Source: Styela clava | Taxonomy: Eukaryota | Length of the DNA: 64,000 bases | Assembly (NCBI RefSeq): GCF_964204865.1 | Contig: NC_135252.1 | Span: 12,958,001-13,022,000, forward strand | Direction: 5' to 3' | Shown: piece after piece, positions 59,301 to 64,000 of the stretch | How positions within the stretch are numbered: position 1 is the stretch's first letter | Layout of the letters: every line of letters starts with the position of its first letter | Notes under the pieces: generated by a model | Seen by the model: the letters and a program-made list of their open reading frames with translations, nothing else | Told to the model about the DNA's origin: nothing | Database searches by the model: none | Made by a program: the position numbers and the translations under genes

Positions 59301-61431
59301 TTTGTCATTGTTTTTTCAGAGTTAGGATCTGGAATGAAATTTCTTTCCCCCTGGATTTTTTTCATCCAAAGTCTGGTCTAAATTTTACCAAACTGGGATA
59401 CAAAATCTGATTCTACAGGTTTTCATGAGTGTTGCAAAATGTACTTCCAGAATGTTTCCAGAAACTAATTATAACACTACAAAAACTTGCCAGATCCTAG
59501 GACAATCAAGGAAATACAGAGATAAAAATGAGATAACAATGTTCACGAAAACAAAACAGTTGTTTTACATATTTTCACAGAATCCAGCACCTTCAGGAGT
59601 TAATAAACTACCTCTTTCTCCTCCATCTCTTCCAATTTTCTTCTCTTATCATAATATTCATGCAATGCCCCACCTCTCTCAGAAGGGCCAGCACTTCCCA
59701 TGCCATAACCTTGGAATCCAGAAGACATGAATTGGCTGTAAAGATGAAATCCTATCAGGTCAAATAGTTTTGAATCTACAAGATAGGGCTGAAATTTGAC
59801 CATAAAGCCCATAATCTAATCATATCAAGAAAATTGAAGAACAAGACATTTGCCGTGGCAAAAAATGGGGAGGATTTATTCATACTTATGTCAGGAGAGG
59901 TCAATGATACAAATCAATCATAACTCGACTGTTTTTTCCCTTCAGACACTTATGGTATATTTGGATGGTGGAAGAAGATCAAATCAACCACAGATTAAGT
60001 AAACCACTCAATGATTGTGAAGAGTGTACCCATCCCTTCGCAAGAAATGATTCCCACAAAAATTTAAATATGTAGACCCATGCAGCATATTTTGCAGTTT
60101 GATGTGCCACCATTAAGTCAGATAAAACACTTCACATGTTGAAGTTGAGCGTGTCAATTTTAACATCCCAATGTGCTTACTCTGATGGTTGGTTTTGAGA
60201 AAAATCATCCTGCCTCTGCATTTCCTGTTTTAGTTGAAGGTGAGGAGGAAGAGAACCAGGAAGTGGTTGACCTCCTTCACTCATCATGCCAGTGCTGGAA
60301 AATTGGGATCCATTGTTTGGTGGCACCATAGGACCAGTGCGGACACCCTGGGGAAAATTAAACGATTTTAGTAAATTAGTTTATTCCTATCAAACTACAA
60401 ATGGTTAATTTAACCAATTTAATTTTAAATAAATTTTTATTTTTGTACAACATGTACAGATTCGGCTTGAAGGTCCATGCCTACCTGTATCTTGGCACCA
60501 ACAGTGGATATGATCCAATAGCAACTCTTAAATATTCCAGTAGTCGTGTCATGTTATCATTACATGTACAAGTAGTCCCCATCATATTTTCATGTGAAGT
60601 TATTTTTTCATGGCAATTTTTTAAAGAAATTAGCATTTTGTCATTTTTTTTAAACAAGTTCAAGATTTAGGTTCCAGCTAGTGACAAAAGATACTACTGT
60701 ATAAATTTCAAATCTCGAATGGATATAATACAGGACAAAACATATAAGAGAAAAAACAAAATATCCTTGAATGATAATCATGTATTTATATAGATATAAA
60801 TACGAACCGATTTTGGGGGTACTTCAGAAGGCTTCATTTTTCCAGCTCGAACAAGATAATTAACAAAATCCCAGGCAGCGTTTGCTTGGGCATCCTTCTT
60901 ATTTGTTGAGTTTCCTATTCCAGCATAAGGTATTGTATCAACTCTGAGCTAAAAATAATAATAATAGTTGAACATAAATTAAGTTTGATACCTAAAGAAT
61001 TATAAACTTTACTATATTTTCATATTATATGTCTAAAATAGTCAAATCCAATCAGTGAAGCAATTTACATATTACAGAAATGAAAAAAACACTCGAATAT
61101 TCAAAGCAACTCAAGACTGCATGTCATTGGCAATATAAATAGTTTTTCCTTATTACCAAATTGGCTTTGTTAAAGTTAAATCATCATTAATGGAGCAAAA
61201 TTTATCCCAATCCACTCATGTGGCAAATAATAAGTTTATTCATTTCACCACAAATGTAGTAAATGGCTTGACAGTTGACACTTCAGTTGAAAAATGCAAT
61301 GAACGATATTCTCTGCTTACCTCACATTTAAATCTTGGTTTATACTTGTTGCCACCAGCTTGAACATCATAAACTGGAGTTAGCTTTTGTTTTCCAAGCC
61401 ATGAATATACAAATGTCTTGACTTCAGTCAT
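44349..61431 (-). CDS. DHX9: ATP-dependent RNA helicase A (DHX9/MLE ortholog), 30 coding exons, 1260 aa
   Basis: Exons 61431-61321, 60948-60808, 60347-60181, 59735-59612, 59019-58871, 57982-57936, 57730-57594, 56984-56724, 56203-56126, 55672-55553, 55185-55068, 54121-54026, 53531-53449, 52995-52839, 52766-52636, 51893-51773, 51107-51015, 50173-50079, 49594-49521, 49206-49054, 48806-48701, 48376-48210, 47367-47206, 46880-46766, 46553-46422, 46338-46231, 45983-45868, 45288-45082, 44726-44639, 44474-44349 (3783 nt). Motifs: two dsRBDs ([10 protein letters not shown]; [15 protein letters not shown]), [64 protein letters not shown]2/OB region, RGG tail. Confidence 0.97.
45355..45673 (+). mobile_element. 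tRNA-derived SINE, diverged copy (DHX9 intron 27, antisense to host)
   Basis: ttgctggact, ggtcggttacggcttt, ctaatcccatacc, tggtaacc, and tail tcctatcctatc. Confidence 0.85.
47690..48025 (+). mobile_element. tRNA-derived SINE (DHX9 intron 22, antisense to host)
   Basis: gctaagcg..aatacgctcgccacc.cacctctaatt, tgggttcgcagg, gattgctggactcc, acgagaggccgtggttcgc, aaatatgtaaatcctatc. Confidence 0.9.
49746..50077. repeat. Three tandem ~115-bp units abutting the DHX9 intron 18 donor
   Basis: ttctctta ends at 49847, 49962 and 50077. aaacagttgatt occurs three times. Confidence 0.92.
50404..50812 (+). mobile_element. 5'-truncated RTE-clade LINE 3' end (DHX9 intron 17)
   Basis: [18 protein letters not shown]...[13 protein letters not shown]...GTKSRGRQR is typical of the RTE ORF C-terminus. 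It has a gaagaa tail and a 10-bp TSD GATTCTCAAG at 50394-50403 and 50813-50822. Confidence 0.9.
52339..52615. mobile_element. Degraded hAT-type MITE (DHX9 intron 15)
   Basis: Start caggggtgcgcaa...ggggccaaat; end gcgggtcagatt...gagccggatttggc..gggctgtggtttgcc. Confidence 0.55.
53656..53891. mobile_element. Palindromic MITE, same family as 34152 (DHX9 intron 12)
   Basis: gtactcccgaagtatgcataccaagatggcg...ttagggttaggccataa and ttatggcctacccctaa...atcttggtagccatacttcaggagtac. Confidence 0.9.
54168..54522 (-). mobile_element. tRNA-derived SINE, best-preserved copy (DHX9 intron 11, sense to host)
   Basis: On the minus strand: A box TGGCTCAACGG, B box GGTTCGAATC, a body shared with 47690 and 45355, and a (TCCTA)3 tail. 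Confidence 0.92.
58264..58635. repeat. Foldback (inverted repeat) element in DHX9 intron 5
   Basis: tagaaagcaaca..acatcacaaagcataaaat(aat)attttctgctg pairs with cagcagaaaatattttatgctttgtgatgt..tgttgctttcta. Confidence 0.85.
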
Positions 61432-62042
61432 AATGAAAAAATGTCATACTACAGAGAGACCTTACGATATTCAACTAATAATATTAAAAGGTATTGACAA
61501 GATACTTGCAATATAGTTTTTATTTAGAAGAAACCTAGCTTTACATTTCAAAACCAATAAACACATTAAACTTCAATTTCAATTCGGAAAAATCAAGTAG
61601 CATCACCAAATTTGCATTAGAAACTTAATGAGATGTTACCTCACTAGGAACATTCGGACAATAGGTTTGGAGTGCATAATAAACGACAGTTAATGAAAGG
61701 TACAAAAATTGAAGACTTTTGCATAATGTTAGAATAGAAAAAATAAAAACAAGCATCAGCTTTATAAAACATATAATATACATTAATATATAGGTTTTTT
61801 AAGAAAGAATTGCCGAGTCTAAAATCATTTTATATAAAATTTGTGTCAGAAATGTAAGTTTTTTAAATAAATACTAGTTGATATTATACTCATACAACAA
61901 TCTTATGTTCTAAAATTAAAATCAAATAAACATTAGAGATTAAGTATACGACAATCAAAATATTTAAAGTACCAAAGATCTCAAGCCAATTTTTTCCGTA
62001 AACAGTATTAAGGTAGGTATCCTGACCTGTACATTATAGATA

Positions 62043-63406
62043 CTAATCTCCCTCAAAATAAATAGGAAGGTTTTTATTATCCTGATCTTTCGATAACTGT
62101 TTCAAGTCATTAGCTAATACAACAGGTAATCCATCAAAGAGTTGATCAACTTTCGAGTCAAATGTAGCAATAGAGGTATATTCACAATTTACCACCAAGT
62201 AACGGTGCAAGTAGTTCAAGCATATTTGCCTTAAATTCAAAAGAGGATTCACAATTTCAACGGAATGAAATCTTTGATGTTCTCCACTCCATTCAACAGG
62301 AAAGTAGATTTTCTCAAAGTTAGGAAGGAAAGTGAGTGGATGTCTGAAGAAAAAAAAAACATATACTCTTGAGTGGAGAGTGAATGCAGGAATATGAATA
62401 AATTTCTCAAGCAAAGAAGGAGATTAAATAATATTTAATCCTACTACAATACTAGACTATATTCAAAGAAATTAGTCTAATCAGAATTCAAATCAAAAAT
62501 GTAGTTTTAACATTCAGATCGTCGAGAGTACCGTTCTTTCAGCAAAACTGATATTTTCACAATGGAAATCCAATTTGAAAATGAAGATAAAATTGAGAAA
62601 TTGAAATATTTTGCCATAATCTCTCATCTGGCTGTGAGTTAAATGCAGAAAAGTGGTTCGTAAATTTAGAAATTACCGTAGGTTATACAATGATACAGTT
62701 CATGCATAATGTAGGTAATTGCTGAATTACCGTAACCATAATTAAAAATGAAGGTAAAAATACCGGCTAACAGATTAATGCCTGAAATCAATAATCGCAA
62801 ATAATGTTTTCTAACATACTGACATACCGGTATATAGTAGGGTCATGAAGAATAATTAAATGCTAAACATGGAATAGAGTCATAGACTACAACTAACCCA
62901 ACGCTGCAATGTACCACAAGACATTTCTGCATTTAGGTAGACTAGACACTGCTGTACAGCAGTACAGAGATGGGTTAAGTACGGTACCTTGAAACCTCAC
63001 AAAATCTATTATTGCAGTATTGCATTACCAATCCATGCATCATCTTTCAGTCTCTGTATTAACAATTGCTAGATTGCAGATTATTCTTGCCACATTCTAT
63101 GACAAGAATTTTACGAATTTAATGCATATTTTCCGAAATTACTCCAGTACCGGTACCGTACTCTCCACTCTGAACATCCATACCGTACCTGCAAATACTC
63201 TCATAAAAAACCCAAGGATGTGTCTTGAAAGTATCCATCAATATATAATCTCTTGGTTCTAATCTGTCTTTATACACAACATGATTTCCCTGAAAGTTGA
63301 GCCATTCAACAGAAACGTTCCTATCAGTTTTGTTAACAAATTTTGCAAAAGCAGGGTTTTGAGAATGTTGAGATCGTTGGCGTTGCTGCAACGGGAAATC
63401 GGACAT
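62043..63406 (-). CDS. VHL: von Hippel-Lindau tumour suppressor homolog, 2 exons (63406-63189, 62343-62043), 172 aa
   Basis: Beta domain FVNKTDRNVSVEWLNFQG..VY..L...MDTFKTHPWVF; phase-2 intron in CR|HP; BC box LNLRQICLNYL; cullin box GLPVVLANDL. Confidence 0.9.
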
Positions 63407-64000
63407 AATGCATGAATTGACGACGAGGCACTTACAATAAAATCTAAATACTGAAATATACCGATACATACAGTTTAGTTCAACTCAACCGTCAACTTAA
63501 TTCAGAAAATTAAACGCTGGCGAAGACAGCAGTATGAAAAATGTATTCGCAGCCATTCCAGAAATAGAAAGGACTAAAACCTACTAAGGCCTACTTGGAC
63601 GTAGAACTGTAGAATGTGGTTAAAACAGGGAAGTCTTTCAAGTTAAAACATGGTTCCAAAAATGGTAAAGGTTTCTCGAATCACCAAATTGCTGGCTTGG
63701 CCTACACATTTATATGCAGGTTTTAAGTTGAAGCTGAAGGCGCCGGCTATGAGAATTGCGAGATTTTCAAATATACAAAATATGATAACCGATATCCATT
63801 TACTTATAAATATCAGTTATTTTTTTCCGATGCATGATAATGGACTTTGTTCGGCTAAAATTTGTGACCTCCGCCAGAGTCACTTTCAAAAAGTTCGTTC
63901 GTAGTTCCACCAGATTCGTCATGTCTTATTCAAGCGCTGCACAATACAATTTATTTACGCATTAGGATTGCTGTGGACATGGAGAAAACGGGAATAAAAC

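Noticed and set aside
63407-63469. N-terminal extension of VHL from the upstream ATG in the ORF track
   Set aside because: The extension reads like AT-rich UTR or outron. MSDFPLQ at 63406 gives a typical beta-domain start.
63710-63921. Possible two-exon ~52-aa minus-strand gene (MTNLVELRTNFLKV...) upstream of VHL
   Set aside because: Too short, with no recognisable motif, and at the window edge. It cannot be distinguished from UTR or promoter sequence.

Overview
AT-rich, intron-dense animal genomic DNA. The short introns, gene content and repeat types suggest an ascidian/tunicate, but this is an inference. The ORF track misses most genes because they are spliced, so I assembled gene models by hand from GT-AG junctions with consistent phases. 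Left to right: the 3' end of one lipocalin and a complete, near-identical tandem lipocalin (+, 3330-4791, 211 aa); a degenerate CR1/L2-type LINE; a secreted CAP/SCP protein (-, 12016-14389, 190 aa); a divergent class A GPCR with one transmembrane helix per exon (-, 17903-22671, 373 aa); a myosin essential light chain (-, 25069-28329, 152 aa) with an intact-ORF DD41D Tc1/mariner transposon in intron 1; a 377-aa orphan ORF; a secreted Ly6/three-finger protein with acidic arms (+, 40886-42785, 164 aa); DHX9/RNA helicase A (-, 30 coding exons, 1260 aa); and VHL (-, 2 exons, 172 aa), whose stop lies only 611 bp upstream of the DHX9 ATG. SINEs, hAT and palindromic MITEs, Helentron-like elements, an RTE fragment and local tandem duplications are interspersed. 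Best leads: a candidate VHL-DHX9 operon with a TACCG-rich first intron, inverted SINEs and foldbacks inside DHX9's own introns, the one-helix-per-exon GPCR, and the charge-segregated Ly6 protein. None is demonstrated without expression or homology data.
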